Below are positions 44,350-57,900 of a stretch of DNA of 64,000 bases, piece by piece; the stretch's first letter is position 1, and the number at the start of each line of letters is the position of its first letter. The DNA comes from Dictyostelium discoideum (lineage: Eukaryota), in assembly GCA_000004695.1 (NCBI GenBank), contig CM000155.2, positions 3,488,001 to 3,552,000 on the forward strand. Reading direction: 5' to 3'. The notes under the pieces are model-generated. The model had not been told where the DNA came from. It searched no databases and saw only the letters and a program-made list of their open reading frames with translations. Both the position numbers and the translations under genes were made by a program.

Positions 44350-46137
44350 ATGTTAAAATCTATTAGCATTCTTTCAAACTATTATAAAATAAATTCAATT
44401 TCAACAACACTAACAACAACAACCAAATTTATACCAACATTAATTGTAAATAATTATAATATCAATGAAACAATAATTTCATCACCATTACCATCGCCAT
44501 TATCATTGTCATATCAAATTGCAAATTATTCAAATAAAAAGAGAGGTCCAAATTTAAGAAGAAATTCATATACACATGGACAAGATGTTCGTAAAATTAA
44601 GAGAAGAGAATCAAGAGCAACACAAAATGAAATTTTATTTGAAGATAATATAAAACCAATTGATAGTACAGAGCCAATTCCAAAAAATAAGCCAAGTCAT
44701 TTACATTCAAAACCAATTACTCATAAAGAGAAATTAGAAACTTTAGAACATCATCATCAAAAGAAATTATTACGTGATCAAAAATTTAAAGATCAACAAA
44801 GAAAATTATTAATTAATACATTAGAAGAAGAAAAACAACAACAACAACAACAACAACAACAAGAACAACAAGAACTAGAACAAGAACAACAACAAGATGA
44901 ACAAGATGAAGATCATAATGTTAATAAAAAAAGAAAACAAAAAAAACAACTTGAAAGATTAAAACAATTTGGTTTTGATACTATTGAACCTGAATTATCT
45001 CAATCAGAAGGTAAAACTGAATATAGTAGTTTTACAAATAAGATAGAAGAATTTGAAGATCAATCAACTTTTGAAGCTGATTTATCAACTTTTGGTGGTA
45101 ATAAAAATATTAAATTTGATTTATCAAAGATTCAAGAATTTAATCCAGCTGATGAACTTGAGAATTTATCAAGTTTTGATGATGATGATGATGTCTCCAT
45201 TAGTGAAGAAGCTCATGAGATGACATTGGAAGATGCTCATAAAAGATTCAATTTCTCTGATGATGAATTAGAAATGTTAAATAGAGGTGTAAAGGAAAAA
45301 TTTAAAAAACAACAACAACAACAACAACAAAAACAAAAAGGTATTGAAGAAGATGAAGAGGAAGAAGAAGATGAAGAATTAATTGATGAAATTGAAAAAT
45401 ATGAAACAATTTTAAATGAAAAGAAAAATAAACTATTAATGAAAAAACAAAATAGAAAACAATTAAATCTTGACTTAAAAAAAGAAAAAACTCAACAAAA
45501 TAATTTAGATAAACAATTAAAATCACAAAAATCAAAACAAGAGATAATTGAAAAACAAGGCGAAGAGGACCAAGAAAAAAGAGAGGTTGAAAATTCAAAA
45601 TCAAATAAAAAAGTTTCATCAACTCAAATTAATTATCTTAATAGTCAAAAAGTAATTGAACATATTCAAGAATTACATAATAAAAAGATGAGAGAATCAA
45701 AAACCTACAAAGAGAAAGATTTATCACCAGTTACCATTGATGAAGTTATGAACTTTTTAGCAACCACCCATTTGGATGATTTCTGTGTCATTGATATCTC
45801 AAAGAAATGTACATGGGCTGAATATTTAGTAATTGCAAGTTCAGATTCAACTCGTTTACTTTCAAATACAGAGAAAGATATAATGCAAGCTTTTAAACAT
45901 CGTTTTGAACAATTGCATCCAGCCACTAATAACTCTGATCAATGGAGAGTCGTTGATCTTAATCCTATCGTAATTCATCTCTTTGAAACTCAAACTAGAG
46001 AATACTATGATTTGGAAAATCTTTGGGTAACTAGAAGAGAAACTGATTGGGAATTCGAAGAAAGTTGGGATGATGAAATGACTAGTAGAATTGAAGAGGA
46101 CAAAGAGAATGATGATGATGGTGATGATGAAGAATAA
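44350..46137 (+). CDS. RsfS/Iojap/MALSU1-family ribosomal silencing factor homologue (DUF143), with a roughly 450-aa highly charged coiled-coil-like N-terminal extension and a probable mitochondrial presequence. Single exon, 595 aa.
   Basis: C-terminal domain: SPVTIDEVMNFLATTHLDDFCVIDISKKCTWAEYLVIASSDSTRLLSNTEKDIMQAFKH...WRVVDLNPIVIHLFETQTREYYDLENLW matches the RsfS consensus (..DYFVIASG.S.RH..A..-GDWVL.D.G.VVVHVF....RE.Y.LE.LW). The N-terminus MLKSISILSNYYKINSISTTLTTTTKFIPTL lacks acidic residues and so looks like a presequence. It is transcribed divergently from exoc6 with about 290 bp between the start codons. Confidence 0.75.
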   Translation: MLKSISILSNYYKINSISTTLTTTTKFIPTLIVNNYNINETIISSPLPSPLSLSYQIANYSNKKRGPNLRRNSYTHGQDVRKIKRRESRATQNEILFEDNIKPIDSTEPIPKNKPSHLHSKPITHKEKLETLEHHHQKKLLRDQKFKDQQRKLLINTLEEEKQQQQQQQQQEQQELEQEQQQDEQDEDHNVNKKRKQKKQLERLKQFGFDTIEPELSQSEGKTEYSSFTNKIEEFEDQSTFEADLSTFGGNKNIKFDLSKIQEFNPADELENLSSFDDDDDVSISEEAHEMTLEDAHKRFNFSDDELEMLNRGVKEKFKKQQQQQQQKQKGIEEDEEEEEDEELIDEIEKYETILNEKKNKLLMKKQNRKQLNLDLKKEKTQQNNLDKQLKSQKSKQEIIEKQGEEDQEKREVENSKSNKKVSSTQINYLNSQKVIEHIQELHNKKMRESKTYKEKDLSPVTIDEVMNFLATTHLDDFCVIDISKKCTWAEYLVIASSDSTRLLSNTEKDIMQAFKHRFEQLHPATNNSDQWRVVDLNPIVIHLFETQTREYYDLENLWVTRRETDWEFEESWDDEMTSRIEEDKENDDDGDDEE

Positions 46138-46942
46138 ATTTTCAATTTTTTTTAATTATTAAAAAAAAATTAATAATAATAATAATAGTAATAATAATAA
46201 TAATAAACATAATAAAAATAATAAGATTTTAAAAAACTTTTTTTTCTTGTTGTTATTGATAATTTTTAAATTATATGTTTTGTATTAGTATTACCATTAT
46301 ATGGAATGCAAGTTGTAATCACTTGTTCATATGAGATTCTATAATGCAACAAGCCAATAGTTGAATTAATGTAACCTTTCATTATTCCTCAAACAGTCCA
46401 TATTTTTGTGTTTTGTTGTGGAATTCCCATTAAAATAAATTTGGGCTTTTCTTTTTTTTTTTTTTTTTCCTTAGATGGATAATGGGATTATAATTTGTTT
46501 CTCCATGAAAAACTTGTTCTTATTTTATTTTTATTATTTTTTTTATTTTTTTGTTTAACTATACTAGGATATTTGTTGTATTTTTTAAAATATAAATGTA
46601 TGGGCAGTTGAAAACTGGAGTGGGCCTTTTATTTATTTCATTTAATTTAAATTTTTTTTATATATTCATTATAATAATTAAATTCTGTTCATTTATTATT
46701 AAACTCAAATATAGAAATGGATCTGTGACCGAAAAGACGTTAAGAACATAACGCACTATTCAGTGAATGCCCAGGAATTATCGAAGGTTTCTTTATTAGA
46801 TTAATTTTAGTATTTTATTTAAACTATTTATACTAAAATTATTATTAATTATTTCTGTGTTCAAGTATATAAGGAAAATACTAATTAAGTTAAGTATTTC
46901 ATAGGAATACCAATACGACGTTTATTACAAAAAGATATTAAA

Positions 46943-47015
46943 GCTCGATTAGCTCAGTCGGCAGAGCGTGGTGCTAATAACGCCACGGTCGCAGGTTCGA
47001 TCCCTGCATCGAGCA
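46943..47015 (+). tRNA. tRNA-Ile (anticodon AAT), 73 nt, no intron, CCA not encoded.
   Basis: Cloverleaf by eye: acceptor GCTCGAT/ATCGAGC; D-arm GCTC-AGTCGGCA-GAGC; anticodon stem TGGTG/CGCCA (one G-U pair) with loop CTAATAA (U33, anticodon AAU); variable loop CGGTC; T-arm GCAGG-TTCGATC-CCTGC with the conserved GTTCGATCC B box. The discriminator is A, followed directly by a TTTTT run. Confidence 0.9.
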
Positions 47016-47018
47016 TGA

Positions 47019-47023
47019 CTTTT
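47019..47023 (+). terminator. RNA polymerase III terminator (T5 run) immediately 3' of tRNA-Ile.
   Basis: gagcaTGACTTTTTaag: an oligo-T tract 3 nt after the discriminator base, the standard Pol III termination signal. Confidence 0.7.
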
Positions 47024-47035
47024 TAAGAAAGTTCT

Positions 47036-47066
47036 TCCATCCGAACTTCGGATTCTCCGGAATTTA
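47036..47066 (+). promoter_or_regulatory. Extragenic B-box-like element (ex-B box) / hairpin downstream of the tRNA gene.
   Basis: ttccatCCGAAcTTCGGattctCCGGA forms a near-perfect hairpin (CCGAA/TTCGG). It resembles the intragenic B box (GTTCGAnTCC) and sits about 25-50 bp 3' of the tRNA, where Dictyostelium tRNA genes commonly carry an extra B box. The motif ATTCTCCGGAA recurs at 47089..47099. Confidence 0.45.
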
Positions 47067-48698
47067 TTTATATCAAAAAAAAAAAAAATTCTCCGGAAAA
47101 TTTTACCTATTTTTATACCTAGGTCAGTTTTAGATTTCATGAAAAACGTCTACAATTAAACTATCTTCCTCATAAATCATGCACCCTTTCAAAAGATCAT
47201 AGCAATTTTAAAGACCCAATGATTTCCTAATAAGGAAAACTAACTTGCAAAGGATATTGTATTCCCGAATCAGTTCTTCTAAATCTTATCTCCTTCAACC
47301 CATTCATCTTATCAACTAATATTTTATTATTTGAATTATTAATTTAACTTTAAATACACTACAGACAAGAAATTTCTATTAAAATCAAAAAAATAAAATC
47401 AATAAATGAATTTAATTTAAAATACAAAAAAAGATAATAAAATTCCAATTGCCAAAGGTTACTGCATTCAAAATAATTAAGATAAAGAAAAAAAGATAAA
47501 AAAAAAAACATGCTTTGTGTTTCTTAACCTTTTTTATAAAAAAACCACCCAAAATAAAATATATTCTTACAAGAAATCAAACATCCTAATAAATATTATC
47601 GCTTAAATAATTATTATATTCTATTTTAATTTCTATTTTTTTTTTTTTTTTTTTTTGGATTTTATGTTTTAGAAAACTTTTAACCGGTAAATCCATAAGG
47701 TAAAATCAAAAAAAAATAATAAAAAAAAAAAAAAAGGGAAATTTCTTATTCTTTTTCTTTTTTTTCTTTTTTTTTTTTAATAATAAATTAATGGTATCCA
47801 AAATAAATTTATTCAAATGTTTAAGTGAAAATAAAAAAAAAATAAATATAACCTCGTAAACTATTAATATTCTCATTTACCACCCTTCACAAACGGCGAT
47901 AAAAAAAAAAAAAAAAAAAAAAAAAACGCATGATACGAATTAATGAAACGGTTCAATTTCACTGCAAATTTAATATTTTTAAAACAACTCTACCTATTCT
48001 TTTAGGAGTTTAGAATTGTTTTACAATTCTATTGAAAACTTATTCGATTTTTATTTTTATTTTTTTTATTTTTTTTTTTTTTAAGATTAATTTGTGTTAA
48101 CAAAAAAAAAAAAAATTTAATAACCATATTTTGCACATCATCATTAAAAAAAAAAAAAAAAATCTTTTAAAAGATTTAAAAAGATTTTTTTGATATTAAA
48201 AATAAAAAAATAAAAGAAAATAAATTTTTATTTTTTTTATTAAAAATTATAAATTTTTATTTTTTATAAAAAATATTAACTTGTTTTTAAAAAGAAATTG
48301 ATAATAAATTTCTGATTTTTTTTTGATATTTTTTGATTTTTTTAAAAAGTGATGTCAGTTGGGCAAACAAAAAAAAAAAAAAGAAAATATCCTAAAAAAA
48401 TAAGTTTTTTTTTTTTTGCGTTTTCCAAAAAAAAAACTTTTTTGAACTGACCAACGAAAAATCGGAAATTAATTTATTTCTTATTTTCAAATGGAAAATT
48501 ATAATTAATATTCCAATCATATTTTCAAGTCTACACGAAATTAAAGTTATACTTTTTCATTTGAAAAAGATAAAATACTATTTTTTTTTATTGTTTAAAA
48601 TTTTTCCTATAAAATGGTTTATATTTTTTATTTTTTTTATTCCAGTATAGTTTATTAAAAAAAAAAAAACAATCGAATAAAAAAGAAAAATAAAAAAA

Positions 48699-49715
48699 AT
48701 GAATAAATTAATTTTACAAATCATAACATTTGCATTATTGATTAGTTGCTGTTTATCAATTCAACAAAACAGACAATCTTATAATAGAAATAATATTTAT
48801 AATAATATAAAAGAAATAATTGTCGATGATTATTCAGTTCCAAAATTATTAAATTCAACAATTTACTTTAATTCAACTATTCCATTTAATAGCACTTTAT
48901 CATCAGTTAATTCAACATTATCATTTATCAACAGTACACTTGGTCATTTGAATAATACAATTTCATTTAATGGAACAGTATTCTTTAATGGAAGTACACC
49001 ATTGAATGTAACTTCATTAAATTCAACTATGCTTAACATCCAAGAAACTCTCCACTCAATTCGTATTGTTTTAGAATCATTAAACACTACTCTTGTCCAT
49101 ATGAATAGAAGCTTATCTTTGTTCCAATTCAATGAAACCAGTTTAAATTCATCTATTCCTTATTATACATTCCAACCATATTATGATTCAAAATGTAAAT
49201 TCCCAGGTGGAGGTTTAGGTGTTGCCATTAGTCAAAATCAACAAAACATTACCATTTTCAACCAAACCAACATTTGTGCCAACTTTAATTTAACAAGCTC
49301 TGATAACTTTACCGTTCAATACTTTAATAATAACTGTACCTTTGCAAATGAATCAATTCATAACGAAACCTTCTCCGTTAATGATTGTAATTACAGTCCA
49401 TTCTTAAAATCATACTATAGTATTGATTTATCAACTGTTAAATTACCACAATCAACACTTGTTGTAAACTATTACAATAAAAGTTCTTGTAATGAAATTA
49501 ATCAAGAAGGTTTCAACTATATGAGTAATCACACAGTAATTGCTCATACACCAAAAAGAAATCAATCAGGTACAACTTTATTATTCTGTAATGAACAAAA
49601 TATTCCAACAAATACAACTTGTATTTCTACTCATTTTGGAAAACAAAAATGTACAACTGAAACAATTATTGAAAATTGTGATGTTACTAGAAACTTTAGA
49701 ATTACTTGTTTATAA
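48699..49715 (+). CDS. Secreted or cell-surface protein, 338 aa, with signal peptide, about 30 N-glycosylation sequons and a Cys-rich C-terminal half. Single exon.
   Basis: ATG at 48699. The signal peptide MNKLILQIITFALLISCCLS has a predicted cleavage before IQQN. Repeated NxT/S sequons appear (NSTIYFNSTIPFNSTLSSVNSTLSFINSTLGHLNNTISFNGT...). The C-terminal part has 16 Cys (CKFPGGG...CANFN...CTFANE...CNYSP...CNEINQ...CNEQNIPTNTTCISTHFGKQKCTTETIIENCDVTRNFRITCL). It ends at a TAA stop. Confidence 0.7.
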   Translation: MNKLILQIITFALLISCCLSIQQNRQSYNRNNIYNNIKEIIVDDYSVPKLLNSTIYFNSTIPFNSTLSSVNSTLSFINSTLGHLNNTISFNGTVFFNGSTPLNVTSLNSTMLNIQETLHSIRIVLESLNTTLVHMNRSLSLFQFNETSLNSSIPYYTFQPYYDSKCKFPGGGLGVAISQNQQNITIFNQTNICANFNLTSSDNFTVQYFNNNCTFANESIHNETFSVNDCNYSPFLKSYYSIDLSTVKLPQSTLVVNYYNKSSCNEINQEGFNYMSNHTVIAHTPKRNQSGTTLLFCNEQNIPTNTTCISTHFGKQKCTTETIIENCDVTRNFRITCL

Positions 49716-49864
49716 GTTTTCTTTAAAAAAAAAAATTAATTTTATAAAAATAAATAAATAAAATTTATATATATTTTATATCATTCAAAATTAAATAATA
49801 ATTTTTATTTTTTATTTTTTATTTTTTTATTTTTTATTTTTTATTTGTTTATTTGTTTATTTAA

Positions 49865-49895
<31 letters not shown>

Positions 49896-49922
49896 TTTTA
49901 TATTTTTATTTTTATTTTTTTA

Positions 49923-52900
49923 TTATTGGAATAAAGATTGTGAAGGTGGACCAGGATAATCAATTTTTCTAATATTAATAAAATTCTTTTGATTTAACCA
50001 AGTTATTACAGAATTTAATTTTTTAATTGTTGTATGAACACAAACTGTACCACCTAAACCTGCAGCACTAATTCTTAAGGCAGCTTTTTCTTTGAAAGTT
50101 TTAGTCATTTCATCAGCCATTTCATCAAAATCTGGTAATGATCTTTGGAAACCACCACATTTTAGAGAGAGTTCAACATGATGAGTATTTGGATTATTTA
50201 AATAGTAGAAAAGATTAAATTTATCCTTTTGAATAACAAACTCTTGACTAATTCCTAATGGTGAAGATTTTATAACATTACTACTACTATTGTTTTTGAA
50301 AGAATCAAATGAACCACTAGAATTTAAACTACCCATACAACCTGTACTTGCTAATAATGGATTTGTAATTAAGAGGATTTTATCAATTTCACCAATCCAA
50401 CTTGATATAGTATCATCATCAAAACAATTCAATGGATTTGTTGACCAAGATGTTTCTTTAAAACCATTACGATAATCTTGAATTTGTTTATCACCATCAT
50501 GAGCAGTCTTTATAATTTTCATTAAATCTTTAATTAATTGTTTTTCTTGTTTTTTATCAATACTACCATCATGATGATTATGATTATTATTTGTATTATA
50601 TTCAGCTGAATTGGAATTTGATAAAAGTGTAATAATTTGTTGATAAACTATACCTCTTTCTAATTCAGATAATGCAAATAGTACTGATTTTCTATTCCAA
50701 TATTCTATTACACCAAATCTATCAACTTTTGTTTCTGGTAATAATAATAAAAGCTTATAGATGATTTGATAACGTTTTAAACGATGATTTTTTAATTCTG
50801 GGAAATGTTTTTCAATTTCACCATCTAAAGAAAGGTCACGAAGTAAATTATTCTTTGATAATGATAGATAAAGTTTTTTCATTTCAATATCAGTGAAACC
50901 TGTAATCTTTGAGGTATTTTCAATTTCTAAAGGATTTGAAAGTTTATCTTTTAAAATGTTAACAGAATCAATTAAAACTTGAGAACCAAATGATTTCATA
51001 ATTTGATGGGCCCAATGATAGATAACATCTACGGAATTATTGTGAATTGTTTTATTAGTGCCTTCAATTTGATCAACAATCCATTCTCTACCTTGTGGAG
51101 TTGTCAAACGTGGTATATGGGATTGTGCAACTACAATAACTATTTTTTCATTTGGAAACTTTAAAGATTTTATAAATCTTTCTGGTATTGAACCAATGAT
51201 TGAAATTTTACCTTTCTTTGAGAATAGCTGAGTGGTTTTATCAGAGGCACCACCTAATTTACCCAAGAAATATTCAGCGAAATCAGTGTTTGCCATTTGT
51301 TCTTTTGTTAGATTCCAATGGAATAAACTATTTAAACAAAGTATACAAGCACCAGTTAATGCACTACTTGAACTAACACCACCAGATATTGGTAACTTTA
51401 ATAATCCATCACTTGAGAAATGAAGTAGAATTGATTGATCTTTTGATTTTAACTTTGTTAAATCATTTAAAACCGATTGTGGGTAACTTTCACATTTATG
51501 AATTAAATAAGCCAATAAACATTTGATATAACTATCCCAATGAATTTGAGACCAAAGTGGTTCTTTTGATTTTAAATCATAAGATTGTTTCAATAGTTTA
51601 ATGATATCATTATCTATTGAGATTTCAACAGTTGGGAATTGTTTACTATCTTGATTACTAATGATTACTTTTCCACCATTACCACCATTGGATTTAATTA
51701 ATTGACCAATACATAATATTTCATTCATTGAATTTGAATTTATAGTGAAACCACCTAATCCTAATAAATCACTATGTCCCATAAATACACGATCTCTACC
51801 ATTTGAACAAACTACAACAACTCTTGAGAATGGATTAAATGAATGAGATTTAATTGATACATCTAATTGATTAATTAAATTTTGTTTTCTTTCTTTTAAT
51901 AATTTAAAATTATCAAAACTATTATTATCACCACTAAAACTTTGTTGATATTGTAATTGTGGTTGTAGTGGTGGTTGTTGATTATATCTATCCTTTAATA
52001 AATCAATTGAAATTAAATTTTTAATATCATTAATTGTTAAATGAGAATTTCTTTGAACTTGATACCACCAATTAATAGAGATTGGAGTTGTTGGAGTTGA
52101 ATGATTAAATTGATTAGTTTCTTGATCAAAATGTAGTTTTTCAGCCATAATTAAACTACCTGGTCTAGCATTTGCTTCTAAGATAAAAGGTTGATATTGC
52201 TGATTAACTTGATCATATGTTAAAATCATATCAATACCAATCAATGGTAAATCAATTTCTTCAAGAATAGTTTGAGCGATTTCACACCAAAGTAACCAAT
52301 CTCTTTTTTTAATTGGTATTGGTAAATCATTTAAAATTGATTGAACCAATACCCATTTTGAATTTCTAACACCAGGGGAAATGATTAATTCATCAACAGT
52401 ACCAGCTTTTACAATTGAAAGTGTAGTTTCATTGCCAATACATGCATTCAATCTAAAGATTAATCTTTTTTGATCAGATTTTGTTCTAACAGAATCAATA
52501 ACTTGTGAAATTAAATATTCATCACCATTTAAATGATCTTGAGTATCGATTTCATCAATTAATTCTAAAACTCTTGTCACCAATTTCTTTGATGAATTTG
52601 GAGATTTAAAATATTCAACACCATTCGATTCGGTTGTATTTGATCTTGGTTGTAAAATTAAACCTCTTTCAATTTGATTTGAATTTGAATTTGTATTTAA
52701 ATCTAATAATAACAATTGTGGTGACTGTTTTTCAATTGATAATAGTATATCTCTTTCATTTAATAAATTCAAAGTTAAATTTAATATAGCAGTTGGTGGT
52801 GTTGATTTTAATTCACCATTTAAAAACCATTTTGATAATTGTGATTTTAACCAATACTTATCATCACAACGTTCTTTACTCTTTTCAAATTCATTCATAA

Positions 52901-53752
52901 CCAATACATCATGTGATTGTAATTGTTTTGATAATTGTCTATGTTGTGATAATTCTTGATCTTGATAATCACCATTTAATAATTCTAAAATAAAACAACT
53001 TGAAAGTTTTAATTTTAATCCAAATAATAATGGTAAATTAAATTCATAAATTATTTCGTTATCATTATCATTATCATTATCGTTATCGTTATCATCATCA
53101 TCATTTGGAATAATTAATAATTGACATCTTTTAATAAATGCTGATGATGATTCATTATCAAATTCAATCCAATCTTTATGACAACCAATTACATTTAATT
53201 TAAATTTCTCTTGATATTTATAAATTGTTGTTATATTTTGTTGAAAAGATTGAGTGAATGGATAATAATGATGATTCATTAATGTAGTTTTACCAACAAC
53301 CACTGAAAATGTATTATTACCACCTAATAATGAATCTGTTAATTTCTTTATAAGTTTACTTTGTTCTGAACCTGGTGGTACCATCATAACTGGTGGTGTT
53401 AATTCAACACTTATCAATGAATCATAATATCTTTCACTAATTCTTGTTAAATATTCATTCATTTCTTTTTCTTTATCAATGAATTCTCCAAATGAATATG
53501 GATTTAAAGATAAATATTCTTTACATTTTTCAATACATTTTTCAATAAATTCTTTTGGGTCATCTAAATAATAAATAATTTTTTTTTTCAATATTAATAT
53601 TTTATTATTTATTTATATTATTATTTTTTAAAAAAAATTAATTACCATTAAAAACAACTTTAAGATCTAAATTTGAATTTTTTAAATTATCTGTTAAATT
53701 CTTTGAAATATTATTATTATTATTATTTATAGATTTAAATTGTTTTAATTTA

Positions 53753-53787
<35 letters not shown>

Positions 53788-54872
53788 ATTATTATTATTA
53801 TTAAAATTATTTATATTTTTAATATAATCAAATAATTGTTGTGGTATAGTTGTTAAGAATTGTTTACCAATAGTTAAAAAGTTTGATAATACAATACGAT
53901 CATTTTGACCAATTTTAGACCAATCAATTGATTTACTACCATTAATTGGATTAATGATTGTATGTAATTCGATTTCTCTCTTCCAAGAGTTTGTCCATAA
54001 ACCGACGCCAACATTAGGTTCAAGATGCCAAAATTTAATTGATTTAACTTCACCTTGAAATTCTTTACCTGTCTTTAAATCTTTTAAAAGATAAATTGAA
54101 CCACCATTATTATTATCAATTGATTTTTCATTTTCATCATTAATATCTAAAGTTGTTGGAGGTATAGTTATATCAATTAATCTACAAGATTCAACAATTT
54201 CACCAGTTTCTTTATTTTTCCAAACTGGTTCAGGTATGAAATCTAACATTAAATAACGTGGCCACCAAATTGGAGTACCTAAAGCATCAAATTCTTTAAT
54301 GGAAGGGAATCTTTCATGATAAGATTTGAATGAATGTTTATAGAGTTCAATTTGTTGATTCCAATAGATAGGACCAAATTTAGAGATATCAGACATAACA
54401 TTTCTACCAGCTTCTTCTAAACCATTTAAAAATTGTTGTCTTAATGATGATTTAATTAATTGAGGATTTAAAATTTCTAATGAACCCTGTCTACCAACAT
54501 TTGTTGCAATTTGTAAACTATTTAATGAAATTGGATGTGAAGTTTGCCAATTTAATGGATCATCTAAACAAAGTTGTTGATTATCATTATCACTATCCTT
54601 GTTGTTTTGATGATTTGGTTTTGCACATTTTGAACTTGAAAGAATTAAACGAACTGAACCATAAATTGAATCCTTTGGGAATCTATTCAATTCAACTGCT
54701 ATACCATAATCATTAATTTGTCTTTCAATCATTCTTTTAATTGATCTATGTGACATCCAAAATAATGGTGATGCAATGATTGCACGTTGAATTACAACAT
54801 TTTGAGATTTTGAAATATGTAATATAAATTCACATGCATTATTAATTGATTTACTACATAATTTTATACCAA

Positions 54873-54911
<39 letters not shown>

Positions 54912-57900
54912 CACTATTAATATTATTATAATCATCTTGATCGTCATTATCTTGTTGTAATAAACAATCAAATCTTGATAAATTTCTAGCACCAGATTCT
55001 GCAGCACCTTTAACTATTATAATTGGATATTGTTTAATGAATGGTAATAATCTTGTTTCAATCTTTTTCATTAATTCTTGGTGAGTACCTTGATTTTGAG
55101 TAGTTTCAATTTGTAACCAATCAATTTCTTGTGGTAAATTAACTTTATGTGGATTTGAATTTGAATTAAATATTAATGGATATAATGATTTATTATAGGT
55201 CATTTCATAAAGAAAAGGTGATTTATCAGTGGTTGGATAACCAGCATTTGAAATTTGTGATTCTAATCTATGATGATGTAATGTTACAATACTACCAATT
55301 ACAATTGGATGAATGAATCTTGATGCTACCAATACACCTTTACCAACAATGATAACCTTTTCATTAATTTCTTTTTCAATTCTTTCATTAATTTGTTGAG
55401 TTGATAATTTTGAATAATTTGATAGATAATATTTATATTGATTTAAATTAATCCAATAAAATGCATCATTAATTGTTAAAACTGATTTATCTGTATCACC
55501 ACCACCATTTCCACCACCACCATCAGGTAATGAAATAAAATTACCATCTCTTGTAATAAACAAATTATCAGATAAAGTTGGACCTTCAGTCATTGAACTT
55601 GCATAATGTGTCCTTCCAATTGGTGATAAGAAACAATGATTAACTTTTTTTGAACAATTTAAAGTTTCCTCTAAATATGGATCGATGAAATCTTTGAATA
55701 CTCTTGGTAATTGGAAACCATCATTCTTTATGAAAACAATCTCTCTAAGTTGATTATAAGATCTCCAAAGTAATTCATATTTTGGTGGATTATTTTCATA
55801 ATCATCTTTACCAACTGATGAACCAATTGCTTGAGTAATAATTGTATCTGATTCAATATTTGTATCACCTAATAATAAATCAATTACTTTTTGATCATCA
55901 TTACCCCCACTACCACCACCACCACCACCACCACCACCACTAGTATTATTTTCACCAACAACAATATCATTATATTTTAAAGAATTAATAATTGATGATT
56001 TATTAATTATTAAAGATCTAATGAATGGATAAAGATATTTATGTGATTTCCAATAGAGTTGATATTGTTGTTCACGATGTGATGATAACATAATACCGAC
56101 TTGATCGAAATGACGATTGAATAATGGATAACGTTTGGGATCCATACTCCATGGAGTGAATTCTGAATAATGATCATCTATTGTTTTTGCAAAGAATTCA
56201 GCCAATGATCTAATTAATGGTTGATCAGATTCTAGATCACCACTTTCTAATGATAAATAAATTGAACATTTCTCTAATAATAATAAAGTACTAATCAATT
56301 CTGTAATGATTGAAACTATTATTTGATGATCATTTTGATTCATTGATTTATTTGAAATTTCATATAATGGTGTAATTAAACCAAATGTTTCATAAGTACC
56401 AATTAATTGATCCCAAATCTTTAAATCAATTTCATTACCATTAATACATAATCTATCAAATAATGATAATAAATTCTCTTTTTCTTTTTTATCAATTTCT
56501 TGTTGATTTATATCTTGACTCTTTGAATTTGAATAAATTATATTTACAATTGATTCTAATGATAAAATTGATAATTTAAATATTTTACCAATAATAATAT
56601 TAATATCTTGAATACTTATTGTTGTTGTTGTTGTAGTGGTGGTTGTTGTTGTTGAAATATTACTTAATTTTAAAATATTTTGATGAATTTCATTTAAATG
56701 AATTTTCTTTACATTATCAATAGTTAAATCAATTGATGATTTTAAAGGTGAAATGATTGAATTGAAACCAATTGATCTTGATTTCATAATTTGATTTTTC
56801 TTTGATTGAATTAAAAGTTCTTTTCTTCTAGTTACACCAGATTCAACATGATCTTCACTTGCTTTAACACTAAACATTTTACCCTTTCTATCTTTAAATT
56901 GAGCTTTACTTGGTGCTAATTGTTGTGATAAATCTTTAAATATTAAATCATTCAATTGTTGATCACCAATGAAATTGGTTGTTTTCATTTCATTTTGATT
57001 TTCATTTTCATTTGTTGATAAAAGATTATTAATTTTCTCATAAGATGATTGAATTAATTTTAATATTCTATTTTGATATTGAATGGTTGTACCATTTAAT
57101 AATAAATAACCACCAATTGATAACCAATGTAATGGTGATAACATTTCAATTGAAGGATTATCTAATAACTCTTGTAAATGTTCTCTAATTATAAAATCTC
57201 TTTTCTTTGATCTATTTGCTAATAATACACGTTGTTCATATTGAATTAATAAATCAATTTCAGTTTCTAAACTTGATATAATTAAACCTTCATTTGAATA
57301 TTGTAGTTGTTGTTGTTGTTTTTGAGTATGATCATTATTAAATTGATTTAATTTTTTACATTGTTTACCAAATAATTTAAAATTAAAATCATTAAGTAAT
57401 GATAATAATTTTTGATTATCATTTTCATTATAAATTGATTGGAAATAATTGAAAGCTATTATTGAACGATTTTCTAATCTTAAAACTTCTTGACGTAAAT
57501 CTGTACCTAGAATTGGTTGATATTGATCTTTACCAAAACCAAATGCTTTATAGATTGATCTTCTACCATTGGTATGACGTTGTTCCCAATCGGTAATTCT
57601 ATTACCATTTTGATCTATTGCTAAACAAGCAGCATACCAAAGCATGATATCACGTTCAAACCAACATCTATGACGACCTTGACTAACTTGATCATGAATT
57701 GCCAATGAACTATTAGGTCTACCAATCAACATTAGATCACGAATTGTTGAAGGATTTAAAGAAAGTAATTGTGGATGAGTGATAGAGAATACAACTATAT
57801 CTTGACCTTGTAAATCCTTTAAGAATTGATTACCTGGACCTCTTAATTTTAACATTAATGGATGAATTTTACCACCAATTTCTTTCTTTATCGCATTACA

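Noticed and set aside
46949-47140. Minus-strand ORF of 63 aa overlapping the tRNA-Ile gene
   Set aside because: It is antisense to a well-folded tRNA and runs into the Pol III terminator. It is a chance ORF.
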